A DNA stretch of 64,000 bases from an uncultured Gammaproteobacteria bacterium. GTDB lineage: Bacteria > Patescibacteriota > Patescibacteriia > Patescibacteriales > GWC2-42-12. The stretch spans positions 12,112 to 76,111 of the forward strand of contig CAZLKB010000004.1 of NCBI GenBank assembly GCA_964560005.1, read 5' to 3'. The position numbers were made by a program, and so were the translations under genes. Below are positions 42,781-51,550 of the stretch, piece after piece (position 1 is the stretch's first letter; the number at the start of each line of letters is the position of its first letter). The notes beneath the pieces were generated by a model. It had not been told where the DNA came from, made no database searches, and was given only the letters and a program-made list of their open reading frames with translations.

Positions 42781-45700
42781 TTACTGAATATTAATCGGCG
42801 TAGCGCTAATTGTATTGGAATTGGCGCTTTCTCGGCTATCAGCATCTATAGATCTTACTATGAAATTATAAAGTGTGCTATTAGTTAAACCGGTGACAAC
42901 TTGCGGATTAGCGGCCGTACCGGCTGTAGGAGAGGCAACAAACTTGGTAAATACGGTTCCGCCCTGATTATAATATACTCTATAACTGACCGCGCCCGAC
43001 GCCGCATCCCATGATAATCTCACTGATCCATTGCCAATACCCCTTAAAGCTAAATTAGCCGGAGGCGCGAAAGGTTTGGCTGAAATTTTATCGGAATTAA
43101 CGCTCTCCTTGCCATCGGCGTTAACTGATCTAACTATTAAATTATAAGTTACGCCATTGGTTAGGCCGGTAATAACCTGCGGATTAGCGGCCGTGCCGGC
43201 TGTGGAGCTGGCAATAAATTTAGTAAATACGGTTCCGCCCTGATTGTAATATACTCTATAGCTGACCGCACCCGGCGCCGCGTCCCATGATAGTCTTACC
43301 GATCTATCGCCAATACCCCTTAAAGCTAAATTAGCCGGAGGCGCGAAAGGTCTGGCAGAAATTATATTGGAATTAGCGCTCTCTATATTATCAGCAATAG
43401 ATCTAACTATAAATTTATAAGTTAATCCATTAGTTACCGGAATAATTTGCGGATTAGTAGCCGTTCCCGCCGTAGAAGTAGCGACAATAGTAGTAGTAAA
43501 GGTATCTCCGCCATTAGTATTATAATATACTTTATAGCTATTTGCGCCCGACGCCGCCTCCCATCTGACTTTTACTTCGCCATTACCTACGCTGACTAAA
43601 GATAAATTAACTGCCGCCGACGCGAACGGAGTGGCCGCAACCGTAGTGGTGGCGCTCTTATTGCCGGACGAATCATAAGCCACTACGCCGAAGCAATATT
43701 TTATTCCATTGGTAAGATTACTGGTGGTCGCTGTTTTATTATTAGTTGCGAATGAAGCGCCGAAGTTGACATTAGCGCCGCATGTATCATTGGCTTTATA
43801 AAACACTCTATAATTTACCGCTGTGTCATCATTTTCAGTCCAGGTTAAGGCGACTTGCCTATCCTTAGGAGTGGCTGACAATGAAGCCGGCTGTACCGGC
43901 GGCGTAGTATCGGCCGGCACCACGGTTACTTCGTTAGAATAAGCGCTTTCGTCGCCATTAGAGCTTAGCGAAGTAACCGCGAAATAATATTTTACCCCGT
44001 TGGTTAAATTGTTTATGGTCGCGGAAGTACCGGTGCTTGGAACAGATTTTGTATAGGTTTTTGGCTTAGTGCCGTAGTATACTTTATAGCCGGTGGCGCC
44101 GGAGATAATATCCCAGGTTGCGCTTACTCCACCGCCCGAATCCAAAGCTGTAACCTCTAAATTACTTGCTGCACTGGGCAGGCTTTCCCTAAAAAAATAA
44201 AATTCTTTTAAAATATCAACCTGGCAGGTGCCGGAGTTACTGCCACAAGGTGTATTTATGGAATTAGCCTCTGAACAGCTGCTGTTTGAACAGCTACAAA
44301 TCGAATTATAATCGCATTTGCCGCTCTTATCACTGCAGATATCCCCCTTTATCTTATCCGTGCAATCGCCGGTTCCGTCATCGCAATTTAAAGAATTGCT
44401 TCTGCAGATTAAATTCATACCCCTGATGGTGGCTGTGTTGGAAATCGCGGGTAAGTCATCGGCCGTTCCCGGTCCGCCCGCGTCGCGGCAGTAAGACAAT
44501 TTCATGTTAGTCGGGGTGCAGGTACCTCCTCCAGCCGGACATCCTGAAGGTTCTTCCCACGGCTCCCAGGTGCCGTCAGACTGCATCTGCGGCCAAGGAT
44601 TATCGCAAACCATTAAATAAACATCGGCTTCTGCCGGAAAAGAGCCTCCTCCGGTTCCGACCACTGTAGCCGTGGCGGTAATTTCCGCTTCGCCCGTGGT
44701 TACTGTGGGCAGAGCTTTAACTAATTTTTTATTATCTGGTAAAGTTCCTGTGGTTGGAGCTAAAACTTTAAAAATATCTTCATTGCTGGAACTCCAACCC
44801 CAAGTCCAGTAGTATATATCGGTTAGCGGATATAAGACCGTGCCGTCGGCCGCGTAGGCGTTAGCCGCGAACAGTTTGTCGCTGTCCTTAATCTTATCAA
44901 AAGCCGCCTTATCGTTCGGATCATTATCTGTAATATTGTCCTTATTGGTTTGAAAAAGATACGAAGCCGGTTCAAGCTCGGCGTAGACAATCTTGCAAAT
45001 GCCGTGGTCGTCGCCGCTGTCCGGCCTGGTGGTGAAAAACCAAATTTTACCATTATAAGTTTTACCGTTAAATTGAGAATTCGGTGAAAAAGGTACCGGA
45101 GTCATGCCCACGCCATAAGCGCTTAAGACTCCTTCTCTTATAGCATCGGCGGTATTACCGTCCCCTTTAATAATAACATAATATTGCCTGGACGGCGCTA
45201 AAACTTTTTCCGGCCTGAATTCCAGCACTGATTTGCCGACCGCGTTGTCGTAGCCGCTAACCGTGCCTTTAATGGCGCAAAAATTTCCTGTCAGCGCCAT
45301 TGCGTCTGATGTGAATAATTTTTTGACTAGGGGTATCTTGGCTAGGACTGATTTTACTCTGGCTAAAAAGGTGGGTTTATAAGCCGCGGTTAAATATTCG
45401 GTATCGGCCGGGCAAGGATCTAGGTTGTAATAGCCAGCCACGATAATATTGCCGTTAAAGCTCTCTGTCTGCATGGACTGGCTAAAAGTGGCTTGAATTA
45501 CCGCGTTGCGGCAGACGTTTTCGCTGAAAGGCGCTGGTTGTTGACCGGCCACTGCCGGCCTGGCGTGGCAGCAAGTGTCCTGCCCGCAGCCGTTCGTATC
45601 AGGACTGTCGCAACTATTATCATCCGTACAGCCGCAGCAAAGTCCGCGCTCATTAGTATCACTGGTACAGGGCGATTGATTCGGCTTGCAGGTTAATTTA

Positions 45701-48700
45701 AGCTTTGCGCATTGGTCCGGGTTAGCATCTGGATCGCAACAACAAGTTCCGCAGGGAGGAGTGGAAGGAATATTACCGGTATCAGTTAGGCAAGAAAAAC
45801 CAACACATCTATTAATATCACAGCTTGGCGAAGCGTTGTAAGCGGAGCAATTTTCGCCGAAATCCGGCTTCTGGCATTGATTATCGCAATTATCTGTCTT
45901 ATAGTCGCCATCTTTTACCTTCGTAGTGTCGCAACTATTAGCATTAACACCGGTGCCGCAATTATAATAAGCGCAATAATTATAAGGCGGTTCAGAGACA
46001 TAATCTTCGCCGCCGCGACAAGCATTACTAATTTTGGCGTCAACACAGCAAGAGCCGACGCCGGCGGTAGAACAAGCCAAGGCTGTAGTTAACTGCGCGC
46101 AATCCTTACAAACTCCTTGCCCGCCGGCGGCCGAAGTATCGCAATATTTTCCGCTGGTGCCGGAACAATTGCAAGCGTCGTTGCTAGCGGATATATCTAC
46201 CAGGTTATTGGTGCCTCTGACCGTACAGCCGGTGCAAAGTCCAAAAGTGTCGTCCGTACTGCTAGTGCCGCTGCCGCAAGTGCCTTGGCACTTTAACGGC
46301 GCGCAACAATCCTCCGCGTCATGGCCGGCGCGGCAACAACAGTCGCAACTGGCGCTGTTGCTTGGCGCGACGGCGGCGCATTTGTTATTACCGGTGCAGA
46401 TTGAGCCGGCCGGGCAGACATTAGTATCAACCGCGCAAACACCGGCTCCATCCTGATTCAAACAATTAAAACCAATATCGCATGAAAAGCAAGTCAAAGT
46501 ATTTTCTGTACATTTACCGCCTCCGATATTAGTCCAGCCGGTCGGGCAGGAATAATTAGTGCTGATTTGCCATTTACTATTAACACAAATTGCTTCAACA
46601 TCATGGCTATTTACATCTTGAACCGTTTTTGGTAAATCGCAAGTTGGATCAATCTTTTTAACGCATCTATTGATTTTTTCTTCATATTCGCATAAATTTA
46701 ACTGGCAATATCCGCTCGTACCGCAAACATCGCCATTTTGTTTGCCCAGACAGCTGCCTGCCCCGCCAACGCATTTTGAACACGACGCCAAACTATTACA
46801 GCTAAAGTCGCAATCGCCGACGATGCGCGAACCGCTGTAAAGCTCGTTGACCTCGTCCGAGCTTAAAGCCCGGTTATATACGCGCACATCGTCAATAAGG
46901 CCGTTGAAAAATCTACTGCCATTGCCATTGGCGAACCAAGCTCGTCCGATCTGTACCGTTGAACCAGAATCATCACCCGGACCGCTGAGTCTTTCCCATT
47001 CCTTAGAACCATTCACATATAATATTATGTTGCTTGAGGTGTAGACGGTTACGACATGGTACCACTGGCCTGCACTAACCGGTTTTCCGGTGTCTGCTTC
47101 CGCGTTTCCGACATGCATGTTCCATTTTCCTAGCCTTACTTCGGTTCCTTTATCCCAAACCGCGTTATCGGTACAAAGAAAACAGCCCGGCTCATATATA
47201 GATTCTGGCTTCACCCAAGCGGCGTAAGATATCGGTTCATCATCAATTTTAAGCGGTGTATCAACATAAGTATTTGATCCGTTAAACTTAAGCGCCTGGC
47301 CGATTCTGCCGGGCACAATATTAGAGCCTGTTAAATTATTGAGTGTACCGTCCTGATCCTGGCCGGAACTGTCAGAGGCTTTCTTTCCGGCTATGTCTAT
47401 ATCCGCGCTGTCAAAAGTCCACCAGCCGATCAATCCGTTGCTTAATGTACTGCCGCTACTAACCGAGCATTTGCCCGGCGAATTGGGACAAAAATAAGTA
47501 TCCGCGCATAAATTGCCGTAACCGGAGCAGGATTCAGCCGGAGCCGGTATGCATAGACAAGAATTATTACAGGTAAAACCAGGATCGCAGGCACCCGCTT
47601 GACATCCGGGTTCATTCACATTTGTATCGCAGGTGGAAACTTTACAAATACAGTCCTGGTTACAGTAATAACCAGGATCGCAGGCACCCGCTTGACATCC
47701 GGGTTCATTCACATTTGTATCGCAGGTGGAAACTTTACAAATACAGTCCTGGTTACAGTAATAACCAGGATCGCAGGCACCCGCTTGACATCCGGGTTCA
47801 TTCACATTTGTATCGCAACGCACTGGTTCTTGGCAGAGGCAAGAAGTAGTATTACAAACATACGGAGAAGTACATTTAGATTGAGTTATATCGCAATATC
47901 CTTTTTTAGCGCCATTATAACAAGGGTCGCCCGGACCAGGTTCAGTGTCAAAATCCCACTCATAAACCGAAGAATTATATTCGGGAAAGCAGGCTTCTTG
48001 GACGTCTACTCCGTCTCTGCATCTGCCTACGAATGGAGTGCCTTTAGGGCAGCAAAAATTAGTCGCGCCGCATTCGCTATCAATTTTACAGGTACCAACC
48101 GTGAAATTCAGGCCATTGCCGACCACTTCAGGGCTGTTTTTAACCACTCTTACCGGACCGGTAACCGCTTGTTGATGAACCGTAGTAACTGATTTGTCCG
48201 GATCCTGCCCCCAACTCTTGATGGCCGCTCCGGATTGATCATAATTTAAATAAAATCTTACCTTGCTATTAGTATCTTGAACTCCAAAATACTCGCCCCA
48301 TAAACTTACATCATCACCAACCTGCCCCATAATTGGCTTAATTTTACATAAGCTGGGCGCAAGCGGTTTATCTTGCTCAAAACTAAATTGCGATGGAGTT
48401 AACTTACTGGTGTCAATTAACCAGTTTTGGCCGCCGCTTTTAGCGATCTCCATAGCTATTAAACCTGATACTGTATTTTTTATTTCCGCCGGCACCTTGA
48501 CTATAACTTGCTTATCGCTCCAGATTGAATCGGCGCAGACTTCCGGAAAATTAAAATCCGCTTCCACTCCTTCTTTGACTGTACCCGATCCTATTTCTGC
48601 GCCGAAATATACCTTGCTATTTCCCCTAGTTGCTCCGAAGCCCTTGCCTCGAATCGTTACATATTGGCCTGTAGCCCCGTCAACCGGATCAAAAGAAGTA

Positions 48701-50937
48701 ATTATCGGCCCGGCGTAAGGCTCCGGCTCCTTGGTAAAAATTAAATAATTGCTATAAACATTATCAGTTTCATTAATGACAAAGCTGGAAGTCTTGCCGG
48801 TTGTTATATTAGGAACCGTGGCGGTTAATTGTTTATCATTAACCACGGTAGAAATTATGGCCGGAACACTTTCTCCCCGCTTGCCGAAATGAGTCTGGGT
48901 ATCGGTCAGCTTAATGCCGCTATAAGTGATTAAAGTATTCATTGCCCCTTTGTCTGGGGAAAGCTGGCAAAGGCCGGGCCGGGCAATTGTATTAACTAAA
49001 AAATCCGGTATAGGTGGATTAAGCGTGCTATCGTCGGAAAAACCGGCGCCAGTCGTAACTTTAATCGGACCGCTGCTTGTATTAGGCACCACCGCGATTA
49101 TTTGCGTATCGCTCCAACTTTGAGCGCAACCCGGACCGCTGGCCAGGTCAGCCGGTTCATTATTAAAAAAAACTAGGCCGCTGCCTTGATTAGCGCCGAA
49201 ATTTATGCCGATAATTGTGACAAAATTTCCAGGCGCGCCGTTGGGGATATCTTGATTACACTCTTGGCCCGGGCAATCCTCATCGGCCAGGCAGGCTGTA
49301 TTATTATCTTCGCAAAAACCAGTACTTAAGCAGATGGCGCCCTCGCAGTCGCTTTGGCTTGAACACGCCCGGTTGTTTTCGCAAAACCCGCCGACCGGAA
49401 AAACTCCGGTTATAACCGGCTGGCGCTGGCAGATACAACAACTAGTAGTCCCGGGAGCATAACCGGCCTTCTCGCATTCTGTTGGATTAGACGGTGGATT
49501 AGAATTTAGTGTGGTGCAAAATTGTGAAGCGCATAAATTATTACTACATGTCGCTGGAATACTTATGTCATTGGCGCAGGCCGCGCCATCGCAGGCGCCG
49601 CACTCGCCGCCGCAATCCACATCGCTTTCGCCCCCATCTTTTATGCCGTTGCAGCAATGGCCAGCTCGTATTTGTGTTGTAAACTCCTCTTGAGCAAGCT
49701 GACCCACCACATCACTGGCTCTAACCCTGAATGTATAATAATCATCTTTTTGATAACCGCTAGTATCATATTTATAGCTATGGCTTAAATTAGTTTGGCC
49801 TATACCGCCGGTTTTAATTGATTGTGGGAAACAAATTTCACCTGTTCCTCCTTGTTTTTCAGAACAAAACTGTATATCAGCAACTCCTGTATCATCTTTC
49901 GCCCAGCCGTCAACTAAATTCGCATTCTGAATTGAATCTAGTATACCACCAACATTTTGGCACATCTGCCTGCTTTCTATACCTGCTTGCGGTCCGCTCA
50001 CATCTATTAAATGACCGGTGGAGAAATAAAACTGACAAGGAGAACTATTATCGCAGCTTAAACTTTGATTATTTATTGAAATGATACTATTTCCATCAAT
50101 TGTTACCTTAAATCTGCTCCAAGGCGGAAAACAATTCGGTGTATTCTCCGGGTTGTTGCAAGGATCAGTATCTTTAAAGGTAACGATCCTGCGGTCGTTG
50201 GCGAAATCCCTGCTTTCACTATTAATTAATGGCGGGGTTGGGGCGGTTAATGCTCCCGTATTAGGATCAACATTATTTACTTTTTCCACTTTAAAATTGT
50301 TAGCATTTAGCGTAACCGTATTTGCTATGGCTTTATTAAAATAAACTTTGATCACCACATTTCTAATCACGCCTTCTTCCTCTTGCCCCATTTTGTTAGT
50401 CGGGATGGTTTTAGTAATTCTGAAATAATCACCTGAAGACGGAACGCAAGGGCTAATAGAGCAACCGTAGGAGCAACAATATTCTCCAGCTGCGCAGGGC
50501 GGATCGCAGACGTAGTTTGGTCCAGGCGGAGTGGTTATATCAGTTAAAGCATTAAAAATAAAGCTGACGATGGCGAAAGAAAATATTATCAGCAACAAGC
50601 CGATCAGCGCGCCGATTAAAACTTTTTTGGCCTTTTCTATCCTTTGCTCGTTCCCGGCTGCCGTCATCCAGAGAAAGCCGGCGTAGATAATTAACATGAC
50701 CGCGATGATGCCTAAGAAGCCTATGAACCATCTTATAATATTAGTGATGGTGGCATATAAATTCGTGCCGGCTCCGGCCAGGCCGGCGTCGCCAGCGAAT
50801 TGGTCCCCGCTGCCGCCGACCGCGTTCCACGCGTCCAAAGCGAAAGCTGATGGAGCCAATATCAAATGAGCCACGGCCAATATAGCTATAACCAGACTGA
50901 TGAAAATGATAAATTTTTTTATCCGTTTAATTGTCAT
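42781..50937 (-). CDS. Giant (2718 aa) surface protein with an N-terminal VirB2/TrbC-like T4SS-pilin-type two-helix module, followed by Ig-like, IPT/TIG, Cys-rich, LamG and five FN3 domains
   Basis: Signal peptide ...APSAFA. Pilin-like block: IRWFIGFLGIIAVMLIIYAGFLWMTAAGNEQRIEKAKKVLIGALIGLLLIIFSFAIVSFIF. IPT-like: GNFVTIIGINFG and GQYVTIRGKGFG. LamG-like: GLIGWWTFD...FNGLIDDVRVYNRALSSDEVNELY. FN3: SWDAAPGAVSYRVYYNQ. Confidence 0.8.
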   Translation of the reverse strand: MTIKRIKKFIIFISLVIAILAVAHLILAPSAFALDAWNAVGGSGDQFAGDAGLAGAGTNLYATITNIIRWFIGFLGIIAVMLIIYAGFLWMTAAGNEQRIEKAKKVLIGALIGLLLIIFSFAIVSFIFNALTDITTPPGPNYVCDPPCAAGEYCCSYGCSISPCVPSSGDYFRITKTIPTNKMGQEEEGVIRNVVIKVYFNKAIANTVTLNANNFKVEKVNNVDPNTGALTAPTPPLINSESRDFANDRRIVTFKDTDPCNNPENTPNCFPPWSRFKVTIDGNSIISINNQSLSCDNSSPCQFYFSTGHLIDVSGPQAGIESRQMCQNVGGILDSIQNANLVDGWAKDDTGVADIQFCSEKQGGTGEICFPQSIKTGGIGQTNLSHSYKYDTSGYQKDDYYTFRVRASDVVGQLAQEEFTTQIRAGHCCNGIKDGGESDVDCGGECGACDGAACANDISIPATCSNNLCASQFCTTLNSNPPSNPTECEKAGYAPGTTSCCICQRQPVITGVFPVGGFCENNRACSSQSDCEGAICLSTGFCEDNNTACLADEDCPGQECNQDIPNGAPGNFVTIIGINFGANQGSGLVFFNNEPADLASGPGCAQSWSDTQIIAVVPNTSSGPIKVTTGAGFSDDSTLNPPIPDFLVNTIARPGLCQLSPDKGAMNTLITYSGIKLTDTQTHFGKRGESVPAIISTVVNDKQLTATVPNITTGKTSSFVINETDNVYSNYLIFTKEPEPYAGPIITSFDPVDGATGQYVTIRGKGFGATRGNSKVYFGAEIGSGTVKEGVEADFNFPEVCADSIWSDKQVIVKVPAEIKNTVSGLIAMEIAKSGGQNWLIDTSKLTPSQFSFEQDKPLAPSLCKIKPIMGQVGDDVSLWGEYFGVQDTNSKVRFYLNYDQSGAAIKSWGQDPDKSVTTVHQQAVTGPVRVVKNSPEVVGNGLNFTVGTCKIDSECGATNFCCPKGTPFVGRCRDGVDVQEACFPEYNSSVYEWDFDTEPGPGDPCYNGAKKGYCDITQSKCTSPYVCNTTSCLCQEPVRCDTNVNEPGCQAGACDPGYYCNQDCICKVSTCDTNVNEPGCQAGACDPGYYCNQDCICKVSTCDTNVNEPGCQAGACDPGFTCNNSCLCIPAPAESCSGYGNLCADTYFCPNSPGKCSVSSGSTLSNGLIGWWTFDSADIDIAGKKASDSSGQDQDGTLNNLTGSNIVPGRIGQALKFNGSNTYVDTPLKIDDEPISYAAWVKPESIYEPGCFLCTDNAVWDKGTEVRLGKWNMHVGNAEADTGKPVSAGQWYHVVTVYTSSNIILYVNGSKEWERLSGPGDDSGSTVQIGRAWFANGNGSRFFNGLIDDVRVYNRALSSDEVNELYSGSRIVGDCDFSCNSLASCSKCVGGAGSCLGKQNGDVCGTSGYCQLNLCEYEEKINRCVKKIDPTCDLPKTVQDVNSHDVEAICVNSKWQISTNYSCPTGWTNIGGGKCTENTLTCFSCDIGFNCLNQDGAGVCAVDTNVCPAGSICTGNNKCAAVAPSNSASCDCCCRAGHDAEDCCAPLKCQGTCGSGTSSTDDTFGLCTGCTVRGTNNLVDISASNDACNCSGTSGKYCDTSAAGGQGVCKDCAQLTTALACSTAGVGSCCVDAKISNACRGGEDYVSEPPYNYCAYYNCGTGVNANSCDTTKVKDGDYKTDNCDNQCQKPDFGENCSAYNASPSCDINRCVGFSCLTDTGNIPSTPPCGTCCCDPDANPDQCAKLKLTCKPNQSPCTSDTNERGLCCGCTDDNSCDSPDTNGCGQDTCCHARPAVAGQQPAPFSENVCRNAVIQATFSQSMQTESFNGNIIVAGYYNLDPCPADTEYLTAAYKPTFLARVKSVLAKIPLVKKLFTSDAMALTGNFCAIKGTVSGYDNAVGKSVLEFRPEKVLAPSRQYYVIIKGDGNTADAIREGVLSAYGVGMTPVPFSPNSQFNGKTYNGKIWFFTTRPDSGDDHGICKIVYAELEPASYLFQTNKDNITDNDPNDKAAFDKIKDSDKLFAANAYAADGTVLYPLTDIYYWTWGWSSSNEDIFKVLAPTTGTLPDNKKLVKALPTVTTGEAEITATATVVGTGGGSFPAEADVYLMVCDNPWPQMQSDGTWEPWEEPSGCPAGGGTCTPTNMKLSYCRDAGGPGTADDLPAISNTATIRGMNLICRSNSLNCDDGTGDCTDKIKGDICSDKSGKCDYNSICSCSNSSCSEANSINTPCGSNSGTCQVDILKEFYFFRESLPSAASNLEVTALDSGGGVSATWDIISGATGYKVYYGTKPKTYTKSVPSTGTSATINNLTNGVKYYFAVTSLSSNGDESAYSNEVTVVPADTTPPVQPASLSATPKDRQVALTWTENDDTAVNYRVFYKANDTCGANVNFGASFATNNKTATTSNLTNGIKYCFGVVAYDSSGNKSATTTVAATPFASAAVNLSLVSVGNGEVKVRWEAASGANSYKVYYNTNGGDTFTTTIVATSTAGTATNPQIIPVTNGLTYKFIVRSIADNIESANSNIISARPFAPPANLALRGIGDRSVRLSWDAAPGAVSYRVYYNQGGTVFTKFIASSTAGTAANPQVITGLTNGVTYNLIVRSVNADGKESVNSDKISAKPFAPPANLALRGIGNGSVRLSWDAASGAVSYRVYYNQGGTVFTKFVASPTAGTAANPQVVTGLTNSTLYNFIVRSIDADSRESANSNTISATPINIQ
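42790..43630. repeat. Three tandem 276-nt (92-aa) FN3-coding units; the last two are near-identical
   Basis: GCTAAATTAGCCGGAGGCGCGAAAGG recurs at 43049 and 43325, a period of 276 nt. The peptides are PFAPPANLALRGIGDRSVRLSWDAAPGAVSYRVYYNQGG and PFAPPANLALRGIGNGSVRLSWDAASGAVSYRVYYNQGG. Confidence 0.8.
47579..47817. repeat. Perfect 93-nt tandem repeat, 2.6 copies, inside the giant gene
   Basis: 47579-47671 and 47672-47764 are identical base for base, and a third copy is identical for a further 53 nt. The unit encodes CDTNVNEPGCQAGACDPGYYCNQDCICKVST. Confidence 0.95.
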
Positions 50938-50955
50938 TGTGGGCTAAATATTTTC

Positions 50956-50995
50956 TGTCATTGCGAGCCCCGCATCTGCGGGGCGAAGCAATCTC
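50956..50995. repeat. GC-rich hairpin element of the TGTCATTGCGAG...CGAAGCAATCTC type
   Basis: The sequence is TGTCATTGCGAG-CCCCGC-atct-GCGGGG-CGAAGCAATCTC, lying 19 nt upstream of the giant gene start. Confidence 0.75.
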
Positions 50996-51054
50996 ACGAA
51001 CCTAAATCCTGGCTTAAATCTCGCCACCTGGGATTAATTTTTTTATTAAATATT

Positions 51055-51378
51055 TTATTCTAATTCTTTAAGAGCCTTCTTCGCAGTTTCCAATGATTTG
51101 ATTTCCTCGCCAGTATACTTAATCCTGTCTAATCCTCGTCTACATTCATCTATCAACACCGTCCTAACTCTATCAATGGCTTCGCCTTGATCATTTTCTA
51201 AGGCTTTCAATGCCGTAGCGGCTGTTTCAGCGCTTGCTCTGCCCTCCAAATTTACGGCACCCCGAAGATGATCCTCTCCTAAACTATCTGGCAAAGCCAC
51301 TATTGTGTTGTGTAATTCTCGAGCCTTCTCCAAAAAACTCATAGGTTGTTCAATGCCTAATTGTTCTCTTTTATCCAT
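51055..51378 (-). CDS. Small (107 aa) soluble helical protein, function unknown, between the two pilin-module proteins
   Basis: ORF MDKREQLGIEQPMSFLEKARELHNTIVALPDSLGEDHLRG...; no signal peptide or TM helix, and no family recognised. Confidence 0.5.
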   Translation of the reverse strand: MDKREQLGIEQPMSFLEKARELHNTIVALPDSLGEDHLRGAVNLEGRASAETAATALKALENDQGEAIDRVRTVLIDECRRGLDRIKYTGEEIKSLETAKKALKELE

Positions 51379-51550
51379 ACAATTTGTATATCACTCTGCG
51401 TCAGAGATAGCAAAATGAAATTATTATTTAAAATAATTAAAAAATTAATATTGATATATACGATGCTTATTCCCACCAGCCTACCGGTAGGCTAGCCTGC
51501 GCGGTGAAGACAAAAGGTAACGGAGTTTCGTCCGCGAGTGACAATTAATT

